Assembly: GCA_017398805.1 (NCBI GenBank)
Contig: JAFQEZ010000063.1
Span: 43,472 to 107,471, forward strand
Origin: Bacteroidaceae bacterium
GTDB taxonomy: Bacteria > Bacteroidota > Bacteroidia > Bacteroidales > Bacteroidaceae
Length of the DNA: 64,000 nt
Reading direction: 5' to 3'
This document shows, one piece after another, positions 30,673-40,245 of this stretch (positions are counted from its first letter, which is position 1; the number at the start of each line of letters is the position of its first letter). Below the pieces are notes generated by a model. The model saw only the letters and a program-made list of their open reading frames with translations. It was not told the DNA's origin and ran no database searches. A program made the position numbers and the translations under genes.

Positions 30673-32166
30673 CGATGAGACAAAAGAGGAGAATTCAAAA
30701 GAATTTTCCTCTTTTTTATTTTTGTAATTCACTGATAATCGTGCAATTATAGAAAGCGCCTCATTCTCATCAAAGGTTCGATAATTGTCTTTCTCCTTAT
30801 CCCACAAAATTCCATTAGGGAAAAGCAGATTTTGCAGTTTTTGGCAAGTTTCAAGCGAACCATCACGCCACAAACTGTCTAATTTACAGCACATTGCAAG
30901 TATGTCATCTACCTCGCCATCAAGGTTCGATAAATTTTTTCTGCACTCTGCCAAACCTCGCTCTATGTTATCAAGTTTTTCTTGCAAATCCTTGTTTGTC
31001 ATTTCGTATATCTCCTCATCAATCTCGCCCATGCCAAACCTAACCTTGCACTTCTTCAACTTGCCAATATATTCACTCTTTTGCTTTTTAAGCAATGTTT
31101 CCATGCTTCTAGCCTCATCATCATTGGAAATAATCATTTTTGAGATAATATCCCTCAAAAGCGGTTTAAGGCACTCTGCCACGTTAAAGAAACGCAATAG
31201 GCATTCATACCTCTCATGCAATTTCTTCGCTGATACGTTGGTTTTACAACCACTCTGATTGCATTTATAATAGTCGATGTTCTTCTTCTTGACTGTATAT
31301 GCAGTAAAAGGCGTTTTGTCTTTGGAACACAAGATATGGCGTTTCAAAGGGAAACGAGGAGTTTCCTTTTTGTGTTTGTAAACACCCGTTCTTCCACCCA
31401 ATATATCTTGCACACGCAAGAAATCCTCATAACTTACCAACTTTGGTTGATTACCATCGACCAACCTACCTTGCAACATCTTATGGCGTATTTTACCAGC
31501 ATAGAAAGGATTGGTAAGGATATGATGTAGTTTCTGTTTTCTCATAGTAAGTCCATAATCAGAGAGTTTCTTCAAAATCTCACAGTTTGCATACCCTTGC
31601 AGTTTCCACTTGAACGCCTTGCGTATCAAATGCCCTTTGTCGTTTACTGTAAAATATGTACCCAACGACTTGCCATGTTTATCATATCCCAACGGTTTAG
31701 CGGCACCACAATAGACACCACTTTCAAGGCAATGCTTACGACCTGACACAAATTTGTCAGTACGATTGCCGTTATCCCACTCAGCCAACCCCAACTTGAT
31801 ATGTATCATCATTCTTCCCTCATTAGTTGAACTATCTACGCCAGATGAAACATCAACAATGATAACATTCAGTTGTTTCAACTTTGAAACAATCATTGCT
31901 CCTTGTGCCACATTACGACTAAATCGGTCAATAGCAGGAACAAGTAGATGGGTTATTTTTTTATTTTTCTTTATAGACTCATACATTTCTTTAAGCATGG
32001 GGCCAGGCGTTTTTGCAGACTCATGCTTCCCTCCAAAGTAACCTTTTATAACAAATCCGTTTTGCCTTGCATACAACTCACATTTGGTCTTTTGGTCGCT
32101 TAAAGAAGCGCCATTATCCTCTTGGTGTTTTGTTGAGACTCTTGTCCAAATAACACAATTCTTCAT
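30664..32166 (-). CDS. Large serine recombinase (integrase)
   Basis: The N-terminus CVIWTRVSTKHQEDNGASLSDQ carries the catalytic Ser context. A recombinase domain, Cys-rich region (CSKD..C..SGC) and coiled-coil tail follow. The 3' end runs into the att junction. Confidence 0.85.
   Translation of the reverse strand: MKNCVIWTRVSTKHQEDNGASLSDQKTKCELYARQNGFVIKGYFGGKHESAKTPGPMLKEMYESIKKNKKITHLLVPAIDRFSRNVAQGAMIVSKLKQLNVIIVDVSSGVDSSTNEGRMMIHIKLGLAEWDNGNRTDKFVSGRKHCLESGVYCGAAKPLGYDKHGKSLGTYFTVNDKGHLIRKAFKWKLQGYANCEILKKLSDYGLTMRKQKLHHILTNPFYAGKIRHKMLQGRLVDGNQPKLVSYEDFLRVQDILGGRTGVYKHKKETPRFPLKRHILCSKDKTPFTAYTVKKKNIDYYKCNQSGCKTNVSAKKLHERYECLLRFFNVAECLKPLLRDIISKMIISNDDEARSMETLLKKQKSEYIGKLKKCKVRFGMGEIDEEIYEMTNKDLQEKLDNIERGLAECRKNLSNLDGEVDDILAMCCKLDSLWRDGSLETCQKLQNLLFPNGILWDKEKDNYRTFDENEALSIIARLSVNYKNKKEENSFEFSSFVSSCA
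30670..30690 (+). repeat. attL-like junction: tRNA 3' end GCAC joined to the element left-end sequence GATGAGACAAAAGAGGA
   Basis: GCACGATGAGACAAAAGAG recurs at 41258-41276 and 44105-44123. Confidence 0.8.
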
Positions 32167-32303
32167 AAGTCAATTTCTTTTTCTACAAAATTATTTATCC
32201 CAATTTCTGCCAATGCTGTCAAATATCCAATCAACACACTAGCCTCATCTTTAGTAATGTTTATTTTATTAAAGTATTCTTCATAATCACTGTATTTAAT
32301 CAT
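32163..32303 (-). CDS. Possible 46-aa upstream ORF coupled to the large serine recombinase
   Basis: Hand-translated MIKYSDYEEYFNKINITKDEASVLIGYLTALAEIGINNFVEKEIDL. Its TGA overlaps the recombinase ATG (ATGA). There is no other support. Confidence 0.25.
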   Translation of the reverse strand: MIKYSDYEEYFNKINITKDEASVLIGYLTALAEIGINNFVEKEIDL

Positions 32304-32658
32304 TCACAAAATACATTTTTCCTTGCCACAATACTCTGTGGCTTATTTTTTTGGTGCTTTGTGGCATACCAACAACGAGGAAACGCTGGAGCGTAAAGCA
32401 CCTGCTCGTTGCCATATAGATATTGCGAAAACAGACAGCACTCGCTGTGAAAGGAAATAAATTTCCTCTCGCTCGTTTGTAGCGTCTTTGCCTTTCGTGT
32501 TTGCAATAAACCTAATTCTTTCAAGGGTTGCCACCTTGTATTTTTACAATGTCTTTATTGATTATAACCCACTGTTGGAATATTCTCTTTTGCGCTTTGT
32601 TTCAGTGAGTTGTTTCGAAACATGGCAAACATATATTTTTTATTTTGAAAAAACAAAT

Positions 32659-33291
32659 TTACGCTTGCAATTTGTTAATATTTCTTAATTTTCTTAATGT
32701 ATTGACACTTGTCGATGTTATTGCAGATACATTACGAAGCGATAAACCTTTGCGCAAGAGTTGAATTTCCTTTGCATATTCCACCCTCATTGCTTCCTCG
32801 CTTTTGCGATAACCCTCTTTACGACCAACCTTGCCACCAATCGCTCTATAATGATTGTAACCACTCTCCATTCTGCTTCTTATGAGGCTACGCTCCATAC
32901 TGTTGAACTGTGCAAGAATACCCATTACAAGTTGTGCTATTGGATTGGATTGCCCATTGGGGAGCAGTGTTTCAAGTCCATTTTGGAGAATATATACGCT
33001 GATTTTCTTCGCTGTAAGATTTTCTATTACAGTAAGGAAATCTATTGCACGCCTCGATAAGCGACTGCACTCATAGATTAGAACCTTATCCACGTTGTTG
33101 CTCTCAACGAAAGAAAGCAACTCTGTAAGGGCTTGGCGTTCTGCGACTGTCTTTGCGCCACTAACCTTTTCGCAGAACTCCATCACAACCTCATATTCCA
33201 TCTTACGAGCATACTCACGCAACTCTGCCAACTGTCGCTCATAGTCTTGTCCTTGCGTGCTTACACGAGCGTATATAACAACCTTTGCCAT
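32659..33291 (-). CDS. Small serine recombinase (resolvase/invertase type) with a C-terminal HTH
   Basis: MAKVVIYARVSTQGQDYERQ at the ATG at 33291. Also has ...SRLSRR... and a C-terminal HTH (NVSAITSTSVNTLRKL). Confidence 0.8.
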   Translation of the reverse strand: MAKVVIYARVSTQGQDYERQLAELREYARKMEYEVVMEFCEKVSGAKTVAERQALTELLSFVESNNVDKVLIYECSRLSRRAIDFLTVIENLTAKKISVYILQNGLETLLPNGQSNPIAQLVMGILAQFNSMERSLIRSRMESGYNHYRAIGGKVGRKEGYRKSEEAMRVEYAKEIQLLRKGLSLRNVSAITSTSVNTLRKLRNINKLQA

Positions 33292-33304
33292 ACCCCTACT
33301 ACTA

Positions 33305-33556
33305 TTAAAGAACCTCGATAAGATTTTCAAAGCGAAGTGAACGAAATCCACCCTTTTCACAATCCCAATAGCAGACAGTGTTCACGCTATCTCTTGAAAT
33401 GCCTCTGCCATTGATGTTTGCTTTCATCAAGTTGCTTGCTGTTGTACCCCACGCCTCACGAAGCGTGCCATCTTTCTTCATATATACAAAGTGAGCAACA
33501 CCCATCTGCAACTTTGCTTTGAGTAAGTCAATCATCTGTGCCTTGATTACGCCCAT
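33305..33556 (-). CDS. DUF2693-like (SH3 beta-barrel) small protein
   Basis: 83 aa. The VAHFVYMKKDGTLREAWGT...CYWDCEKGGFRSLRFENL pattern resembles DUF2693 proteins of Bacteroidales mobile elements. Confidence 0.5.
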   Translation of the reverse strand: MGVIKAQMIDLLKAKLQMGVAHFVYMKKDGTLREAWGTTASNLMKANINGRGISRDSVNTVCYWDCEKGGFRSLRFENLIEVL

Positions 33557-33746
33557 TGCCTCGCTGTTTGTTCTACGAGCGATTACGCTTGCTCAACGAC
33601 TTGTAAGATTATTTATTACAACAACTGAATTATTTGCTACTGCTATCATGTCTCTATTGGTTAAGTGGTTAAACATATCTTTGTTTCCTTTTCGCACAGC
33701 AAAGATATGGAATATATTTAATATAATCAAACAAAATGCAATATTT

Positions 33747-33775
33747 TTATGGAATATTTTGATTATATTCCATAA
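33747..33775. promoter_or_regulatory. Operator-like palindrome in the divergent intergenic region
   Basis: TTATGGAATAT-N7-ATATTCCATAA has perfect 11-bp arms. A third ATGGAATAT lies at 33707-33715. Confidence 0.45.
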
Positions 33776-33806
33776 ATAACTACATTTGAAAATTAAAAAG
33801 CATAAA

Positions 33807-34031
33807 ATGGAAGCAAATAAACAAGAACGCACTGTAATACATCTAGAATTAAATGGAGAACATTACTATTTTGGCAGTGTAAAAGCACTTTGCGATAATT
33901 TTAGTAAAGAACAGATTGGTATTGGATACAAAAGTCTTGCAAACTATGGAATAACAGCAGATAAACCATATAGAAACAAATACTGTACTGTTAGAAAAGG
34001 AGTATTGATAACGGCTCCAAAAACTGAATAA
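33807..34031 (+). CDS. Small putative DNA-binding protein; truncated paralog at 41486-41648
   Basis: First ATG at 33807. The C-terminus YRNKYCTVRKGVLITAPKT parallels IYKNKKCTIRKGTLYVKPTT in element B. Confidence 0.4.
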   Translation: MEANKQERTVIHLELNGEHYYFGSVKALCDNFSKEQIGIGYKSLANYGITADKPYRNKYCTVRKGVLITAPKTE

Positions 34032-34088
34032 AATTTAATGTACAAAGTGTAATAAATACACGCAAAATAAACATGAAATAATAAGACT

Positions 34089-36158
34089 ATGAAAGCAAAT
34101 GAAGTGAGATTAACAGATTTCTTATCCAAAACAGATACGCAATTTGTCATCCCTATATATCAACGCAATTATGATTGGAAAAAGAATCATTGCGAACAGC
34201 TCATAAATGATATTTTAGAAGCTGGCAGAAATGAGAAAATACATTTTATAGGAAGTATTGTATATGTTCATGATGGGGTTTATTCAAGTGGTATTAAAGA
34301 GTTAGTTGTTATTGATGGACAGCAAAGAATAACAACTATTACCTTGCTATGTATAGCATTGTACCATTTCTTAAGGGAGAAAAATCCTACAGATATGCAA
34401 GCAAATAAGATTCTAAAACAATTCATTGTTAACGAGTTTGCAGAAGAGAATCAGAGGTTAAAATTAAAAGTTTCAGAAAACAATGACTCTGATTTAAAAG
34501 CGTTAATAAATGATTATCATACAGATGAAGAAACTTATTCTAACATTATAACGAATTACAAATATTTTAAACATCAAATATCAGATGAGAATGTTGATAC
34601 TATTTTGCGAGGTATTAACATGCTAATATTTGTAGAAGTTTCATTAGACAGAATACAAGATAATGCTCAACGCATCTTTGAAAGTATGAATTCAACTGGT
34701 TTGGATTTATCTCAAGCTGATTTAATTCGCAATTATATTCTTATGAACTTGTCTGCAAAAGAGCAGAATGAAATTTATAAAAAATATTGGGAATATATTG
34801 AAATATCAACTCGTATTGGCGCAGACAATAAAATGTCTGAATTTATAAGAGATTATCTTACTTTAAAGACTAAATGCATTACAAAGGAAGAAGAGGTATA
34901 TAAAACATTTAAACAGAAATACCCTCACCAAGACATAAATCAATTAGAGGATGTTTTGTCAGAGATAAAACAACTTGCAAAACCATATTCTAGACTTCTA
35001 TCTCCAACGAAAGAAGAAGACAAAAAAATCCAACAAGAAATCAAAAACATCAATTTACTCAAGATAAACACATCTTATCCTTTCCTTATGAAAGTTTATG
35101 ATGATTATTTGACTGATAAAATTGACAAGGATTGCTTCTATCGAATTTTGAGATTCATACAAACATTTGCCATAAGGCGATTTGTATTAGACCTCCCCAC
35201 AAATTCTTTCAATAAAATCTTTATGGTTTTATACGACAGGATAGACCAATCCAATTATGAAGAATCTATCTATAAATATATAATGTCTTTGGGAGGAAAA
35301 CAAAGAATCCCTAATGATAGTGAAATAAGGGAAACTTTGAAAGATAAAGATATATATTCTGCAAGGGGGAAAAACAAGGAATACCTTTTAGCACAACTTG
35401 AGAATTGGCAAAATAAAGAATTTGTTGAGATTGTTGGAAATGATAACATAACAATAGAACATATATTTCCACAGACACCAAATAATGATTGGAAAATACA
35501 ATTAAACAAAGAAGAATACAATGATTTTGCTTCAACATATCTACATACATTAGGCAATCTAACACTATCAGGGAACAACGGTTCGCTTGGGAATAAGACA
35601 TTTGAGCAAAAGAAGTACATGAATTACGATGGAAAAGAACAAGGATACATATATAGTCGTTTGTGGATGAATTCATATTTGAAAACCATAGACACTTGGA
35701 ATATCAAAAATTATCAAGAGCGTACAAAAATCCTCACAGACAGATTTCTTGAAGTGTGGAAATTGCCAAACATACATATTGAGAAAGATTCTTATGCAGG
35801 TGAAATCAATATATTTGATATAGATGACCCTACTGGAAAAACGATGCAATATGCTAGATTCTTTGGTAAAATTGTAAGGACTACAGACTCTAAATTGGAA
35901 TATGCGGGATTGTTGATTTATGTTGCAAAAAACATATACGAAATTGCTCCTAAAGAATTTATAGAAAATCTTTCAACAGAACTGAATCTTGGTAAAGATT
36001 TACCAAATTGGAGAAGACCTCAAAAAATAGATGAAGAATATAGTATAGAAACAAACCTTTCTGCTAAAGATATATTCAAAAGAGTTCGCTCAATTTTGAA
36101 TACATTTAGATTAGAAGAGGATTTGTATATCTGCTTTAAAGATGATGATGTAATTTAA
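34089..36158 (+). CDS. GmrSD-family (DUF262 + DUF1524) modification-dependent Type IV restriction endonuclease
   Basis: FVIPIYQRNYDW and VIDGQQRITT are DUF262/ParB-like motifs. ITIEHIFPQ...LHTLGNLTLSGNNGSLGNKTF is the DUF1524 His-Me finger. Confidence 0.85.
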   Translation: MKANEVRLTDFLSKTDTQFVIPIYQRNYDWKKNHCEQLINDILEAGRNEKIHFIGSIVYVHDGVYSSGIKELVVIDGQQRITTITLLCIALYHFLREKNPTDMQANKILKQFIVNEFAEENQRLKLKVSENNDSDLKALINDYHTDEETYSNIITNYKYFKHQISDENVDTILRGINMLIFVEVSLDRIQDNAQRIFESMNSTGLDLSQADLIRNYILMNLSAKEQNEIYKKYWEYIEISTRIGADNKMSEFIRDYLTLKTKCITKEEEVYKTFKQKYPHQDINQLEDVLSEIKQLAKPYSRLLSPTKEEDKKIQQEIKNINLLKINTSYPFLMKVYDDYLTDKIDKDCFYRILRFIQTFAIRRFVLDLPTNSFNKIFMVLYDRIDQSNYEESIYKYIMSLGGKQRIPNDSEIRETLKDKDIYSARGKNKEYLLAQLENWQNKEFVEIVGNDNITIEHIFPQTPNNDWKIQLNKEEYNDFASTYLHTLGNLTLSGNNGSLGNKTFEQKKYMNYDGKEQGYIYSRLWMNSYLKTIDTWNIKNYQERTKILTDRFLEVWKLPNIHIEKDSYAGEINIFDIDDPTGKTMQYARFFGKIVRTTDSKLEYAGLLIYVAKNIYEIAPKEFIENLSTELNLGKDLPNWRRPQKIDEEYSIETNLSAKDIFKRVRSILNTFRLEEDLYICFKDDDVI

Positions 36159-36174
36159 CTTTTATTTTGTCCAT

Positions 36175-36213
36175 AAATTGATTGCCACCGGCTTCGCCGA
36201 TGGCAATCAATTT
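36175..36213. terminator. Bidirectional hairpin between convergent genes; duplicated at 42676-42710
   Basis: AAATTGATTGCCACCGGC-ttc-GCCGATGGCAATCAATTT forms an 18-bp stem with one mismatch. Confidence 0.7.
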
Positions 36214-36223
36214 ATATAAAAAT

Positions 36224-37219
36224 CTATTTTATTTCATTATCAAATAAGAATAGAGGATAATCAATTTTGTAGTCAATAGAACCATTATCACGCAGTATTG
36301 TGAGTATCTTGCCCATTGCATTTTCGCCAATCAAGGTGTAGTTGCATTGGGCAAGTATTGTCTGTTCACATATATCCACAATATCGTTCATAGACTGCAA
36401 CTGTGCTTTGAGTTTATCATCAAAAGATTTCTGTTTAGAGGCACTACGAGGTTTTTTAAGCGAGGCAGTCTTTGCCAAAGCGTCTTTCTCAAACGAACGA
36501 ATATAACGCCCTGTAGAGGTTCTCACTGCCCTTACAAGGTCTTTTTTCTGCAAGTCTTGACAACCCCAACGATGAACGCTGTTTGTTGAGTTTTGCATGG
36601 TAGTATCTTCAACGATGATTTTTCCTTTTGTCTTTGCAAGCAACTTTTGAAAACCCTTATTTTGAGCATACTTCAAGTTTACAATATATTTCATTACCTC
36701 TACATCAAAATGGTTGTCATGCCAATTAGGGTGATGGAATTTCTTGTATTTTTCACCATTGACAAATATTTTCTTGCAATACATAGAATTGGGATATTCC
36801 ATAATCTCACGCTGTAAATCGGGATAACCCGAAAATCGCAAGGCAATAAACAAATGTTCGCTTGTCTTGAATTTATATCCACAGCACTCGACTGGGTACG
36901 CTGTGCTCATATTAGAAAATGCACCAAACTCACCATTCAATTTGCCAAAGGTTACAATATCATTTGACTTGTAATATTCAGTTCTGCCAAATACGATTTC
37001 ATAAGGATTGTATATGCTCTCTATCTCATTGGGTTTAGTATATAAATCCCTTATTGGGAGATTAAGGGCACGCCCCATAGTTTCGACAATCTTTTGACTT
37101 GCGTGTTCTCCTTTTAATAATGAATAGCAATATTCACGAGTAACACCTATCATTTGAGCAAACTCACGAACTGATATGCCTCTTTGGTTTATTATCTCTT
37201 TTACTCTTAATTCTGCCAT
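36224..37219 (-). CDS. HTH (XRE-like) fused to a NADAR (YbiA/DUF1768-like) domain protein
   Basis: The N-terminus is KEIINQRGISVREFAQMIGVTREYCYSLLKG. The central region GAFSNMSTAYPVECCGYKFKTSEHLFIALRF...NLKYAQNKGFQKLLAKTKGKIIVEDT...WGC follows the NADAR pattern. Confidence 0.6.
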   Translation of the reverse strand: MAELRVKEIINQRGISVREFAQMIGVTREYCYSLLKGEHASQKIVETMGRALNLPIRDLYTKPNEIESIYNPYEIVFGRTEYYKSNDIVTFGKLNGEFGAFSNMSTAYPVECCGYKFKTSEHLFIALRFSGYPDLQREIMEYPNSMYCKKIFVNGEKYKKFHHPNWHDNHFDVEVMKYIVNLKYAQNKGFQKLLAKTKGKIIVEDTTMQNSTNSVHRWGCQDLQKKDLVRAVRTSTGRYIRSFEKDALAKTASLKKPRSASKQKSFDDKLKAQLQSMNDIVDICEQTILAQCNYTLIGENAMGKILTILRDNGSIDYKIDYPLFLFDNEIK

Positions 37220-37297
37220 GAGAAATTGATTTTGACAAATGTAATATTATTTATTACAATATTGATAAATTGTCGATGTATTTGTATTAAAATAAAA

Positions 37298-37337
37298 ATG
37301 TATCAATATAACCTTAAAATTAGTCGTATTGATACAT
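37298..37337. promoter_or_regulatory. 11-bp perfect inverted repeat in the AT-rich region between the Rep_trans-like and NADAR genes
   Basis: ATGTATCAATA-N18-TATTGATACAT. Further TATCAATA/TATTGATA copies lie near 37258 and 37411. Confidence 0.45.
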
Positions 37338-37466
37338 TCTTTTTGTATTATTCTAACATAAAATATTAAACTGCATTTCATACATAGGTTTAATATAGAT
37401 TATCCTCTATTATATCAATAAATTAGAGTAATAATACATGTATTCATAGGGTGGTTTACTAATACC

Positions 37467-38351
37467 CTACGCTACAATATCAAGGACATCGAGGGTCTGT
37501 TTACCCTTGACTGTTTGGAAGCGTAGCACTCTGTTTGAAAAGTCAAGAAACAAACGCCAAAGGAAATCTTCGTTGCAGAACAGCATTGGATTGTATTCTA
37601 TACCCAAGTGTTGGAAATATTCTCGCAAGGTATCGCCATTGACACGAACCTCTAAACGAAAAAGATAGTTGGGGTTGCCATTGGCTTCTGCGATGTAGTG
37701 TTTGCCACTGTTGCTTTCGATTTCTCGTTTCTTGTTGTAGGCAGAGAGGCGTAAATCGCCATTCTTCTGCTGAACGATGAGGCTGTATTCCTTAATTCTA
37801 CGACAAGAACCTACACCAATGTAGAGTATATCTTCAAGGAGTTTATCCCTATCTGTTACCTTTGTGCCATTGACTATGGGGATAAGTGCTTCATCACGAA
37901 TGGCACGAATTAAGCGTTTGGATAGGTTGCGAGTGTCATCGAAAGCGAGGTCAAGGCGTGTAAGGTTGTGGAATTTCAATCCCAACATTCCCTCAATGTA
38001 ATCGAGGTAAACAAGGCGATTGTGGGTGTTATAGTTGTAGTTGAGGTATAGTTGCTTGTTGTCTATCTCAATCCATACGAAACCACTCATTTCGCCCTCT
38101 TTGTCTGCTTTCAATCCCCAACGCAATGTGCCAAAGCATTGCATATCGTACTCACTGTTGGGGTTGTTGCTTGTTCGTTCAAGATAGATGATTTTGTAGA
38201 TGTTATCGTAATATTTGCCCTCTGTCCTTTCAAGGCGAAAATCCCAATGTGGGAGTTCATAGACTTCGAGGGGTGTTTCCATTAGTTGATATAATGGAGA
38301 GTTCTCATAAAGTGTGTAGCATAGTTTTACTTTGTCAGCACTGATTTTCAT
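37467..38351 (-). CDS. Rep_trans-like rolling-circle replication initiator or MobT-type relaxase
   Basis: LTRLDLAFDD and RLSAYNKKREIE resemble the Rep_trans motifs (R.D.A.D and YdK..E). The start is taken at MKISADKV (38351). Confidence 0.5.
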   Translation of the reverse strand: MKISADKVKLCYTLYENSPLYQLMETPLEVYELPHWDFRLERTEGKYYDNIYKIIYLERTSNNPNSEYDMQCFGTLRWGLKADKEGEMSGFVWIEIDNKQLYLNYNYNTHNRLVYLDYIEGMLGLKFHNLTRLDLAFDDTRNLSKRLIRAIRDEALIPIVNGTKVTDRDKLLEDILYIGVGSCRRIKEYSLIVQQKNGDLRLSAYNKKREIESNSGKHYIAEANGNPNYLFRLEVRVNGDTLREYFQHLGIEYNPMLFCNEDFLWRLFLDFSNRVLRFQTVKGKQTLDVLDIVA

Positions 38352-38532
38352 TGTTAATACTGTTTTTATTCTCATTATTTCCATCATTGGGCTTATTGGG
38401 GATTGTACTCCAATATGCCCTCATGCCATCGCTGATGGCTTGTTTGTGGCTGTCGCTTAACGTGCGATTTTTCAACCCTTGACTGATACGCTGTTTGGTA
38501 TCTGCATTTAATTCTCTAAATTGTCTTTTCAT
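38335..38532 (-). CDS. Small basic protein with NUMOD3-like repeats
   Basis: ADTKQRISQGLKNRTLSDSHKQAISDGMRAYW. It overlaps the Rep-like start by 17 nt. Confidence 0.3.
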   Translation of the reverse strand: MKRQFRELNADTKQRISQGLKNRTLSDSHKQAISDGMRAYWSTIPNKPNDGNNENKNSINNENQC

Positions 38533-38744
38533 AAGCAATACTGTTTATATATAAATATTTCACAAACGAGCGAGATATAAAGCTTGCTTTAATATTTCAA
38601 AGCGAGTGCAGTAAATATTCATCGTTTACGATAAATAGTAGCATAAGTAGAAAAAGAGTAAATAGTAAGTAACTTTTTTGAAAAATATTTTTTGTACAAA
38701 AAACGAAAAACAGTTTTTACCTATACTACTAAAATGGTTTTGTG

Positions 38745-38860
38745 ATAAGCGATAGAGGTTACATAGATAAAAAGCACCCACAGAGGGGTGCTGAATGTGT
38801 TTTGCTATTTGATACCATTACCAACCTTGTCAAAAGTCACCATATCACAAACATTTCGAG
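38745..38860 (-). repeat. Backbone junction: minus-strand terminator hairpin plus 3' remnant of the 92-95-aa end gene
   Basis: AGCACCC-acagag-GGGTGCT (38773-38792) is followed on the minus strand by a T-run. The remnant encodes ...CDMVTFDKVGNGIK*. Nts 38745-38831 are near-identical to 42781-42864. Confidence 0.7.
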
Positions 38861-38976
38861 ATGTTGTTTTGTTTAAATTTGAGAGTTTTCCTCAAAACCA
38901 CTTGCAAAATAGGATTTTGCATACTATTTTTGAAAAGTTTTTGAGATTTATTAGCAACAATCTAACAATCAATCAT

Positions 38977-40245
38977 ATGTTACTAGAATTTTCTTGTGCA
39001 AATTTTAGGTCTATTCATAAAGTATGCACATTATCAATGGTCGCTCAAAAAATTACAGATGAGCCCAAAAACAATATCGCTTATGTAAACGATAAACTAA
39101 ACATTTTGAAGACTGCTGCAATTTATGGAGCAAACTCTAGTGGAAAATCGAATGTGCTTAATGCATTTGCATCAATGGTTTGGCATATTATATATTCTGT
39201 AAAATTAAATGATGGAGATGAACTACGCTATGAGCCGTTCAAATTATCTTCCGCTGGTAAAGAGGCTACATATTATGAAGCAAAGTTTATATTAAATGGT
39301 CAAACATATCGTTATGGTTTTGAACATGATGACAAAACAATTATTAGTGAATGGCTTTATTCATCTTCTATTGGTAGTAAAAAAGAGCAAATTTTGTTTC
39401 TTCGCAATGAAGATGGTATTGGAGTTAATGAAAAAAGTTTTCCAGAAGGTGTTGATAAGGAAGAAAGCACTGTTGAAAACCGACTTTTCTTATCCTTATG
39501 TGCACAATTAAATGGTAAATGTTCAAAACAAATAATAGATAAATTCAAGACATTCAATGTTATATCAGGTATAAACTCCAATCGTTATGCAGGTTATTCA
39601 AAAGCAATGTTGCATAAACAATTAGATGGATATGGAGATGCTATTGATTTTTTTAAAACACTTCAATTAGGATTTGAATCAATTCAAACGAAAGAACGGG
39701 AAGTTGAAATTCCTGAAGATTTTCCAGAAAGAATAAAAGAAGAACTTACGAACAAACTAAAAGGCAAAAAAGATATTGAGTTAAGAAGCATTCATAATGT
39801 GTATGATGAAGATGGAAGAATCGTTGGTACTACTTTGTTTGATTTTAATAGAGCAGAATCTGAAGGAACAAAAAAAATAATTCAATTATCAGGTCCGATA
39901 TTTGATACTTTAAATAGGGGACTTGTACTCTGTGTAGATGAAATTGATGTAAAGATGCACCCACTTATATCGCAGTTCATTATTAACTTATTTAATGATC
40001 CCGAAAAGAATACAAAAAATGCCCAACTTATATTTACAACACACGACACTCATTTGCTCTCATCTAAAATGTTAAGAAGAGACCAAATTTGGTTTACGGA
40101 AAAGGATGCCACAGAGCAAACTGACCTATACAACATGATGGACATTGAACTCCCTGATGGAAGCAAGCCTCGTCCTGATGCAAATTATAAGCGCAACTAC
40201 ATCGCTGGTAGATATGGTGCTATTCCATATATAATAAATGAATGA
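38977..40245 (+). CDS. AAA/ABC-type ATPase (AbiLi/RloA-like)
   Basis: The ATG at 38977 gives MLLEFSCANFRSI. Walker A is GANSSGKSN, Walker B is LCVDEIDVKMHP, and QLIFTTHDTHLL follows. Confidence 0.8.
   Translation: MLLEFSCANFRSIHKVCTLSMVAQKITDEPKNNIAYVNDKLNILKTAAIYGANSSGKSNVLNAFASMVWHIIYSVKLNDGDELRYEPFKLSSAGKEATYYEAKFILNGQTYRYGFEHDDKTIISEWLYSSSIGSKKEQILFLRNEDGIGVNEKSFPEGVDKEESTVENRLFLSLCAQLNGKCSKQIIDKFKTFNVISGINSNRYAGYSKAMLHKQLDGYGDAIDFFKTLQLGFESIQTKEREVEIPEDFPERIKEELTNKLKGKKDIELRSIHNVYDEDGRIVGTTLFDFNRAESEGTKKIIQLSGPIFDTLNRGLVLCVDEIDVKMHPLISQFIINLFNDPEKNTKNAQLIFTTHDTHLLSSKMLRRDQIWFTEKDATEQTDLYNMMDIELPDGSKPRPDANYKRNYIAGRYGAIPYIINE

Noticed and set aside
30536-30727. 63-aa plus-strand ORF.
   Set aside because: It is entirely explained by the tRNA-Leu gene, its promoter and its terminator.
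32343-32534. 63-aa minus-strand ORF (GTG start) between the two recombinase genes, as an excisionase candidate.
   Set aside because: There is no recognisable HTH or Xis pattern, and an overlapping alternative ORF exists in another frame. The evidence is insufficient.
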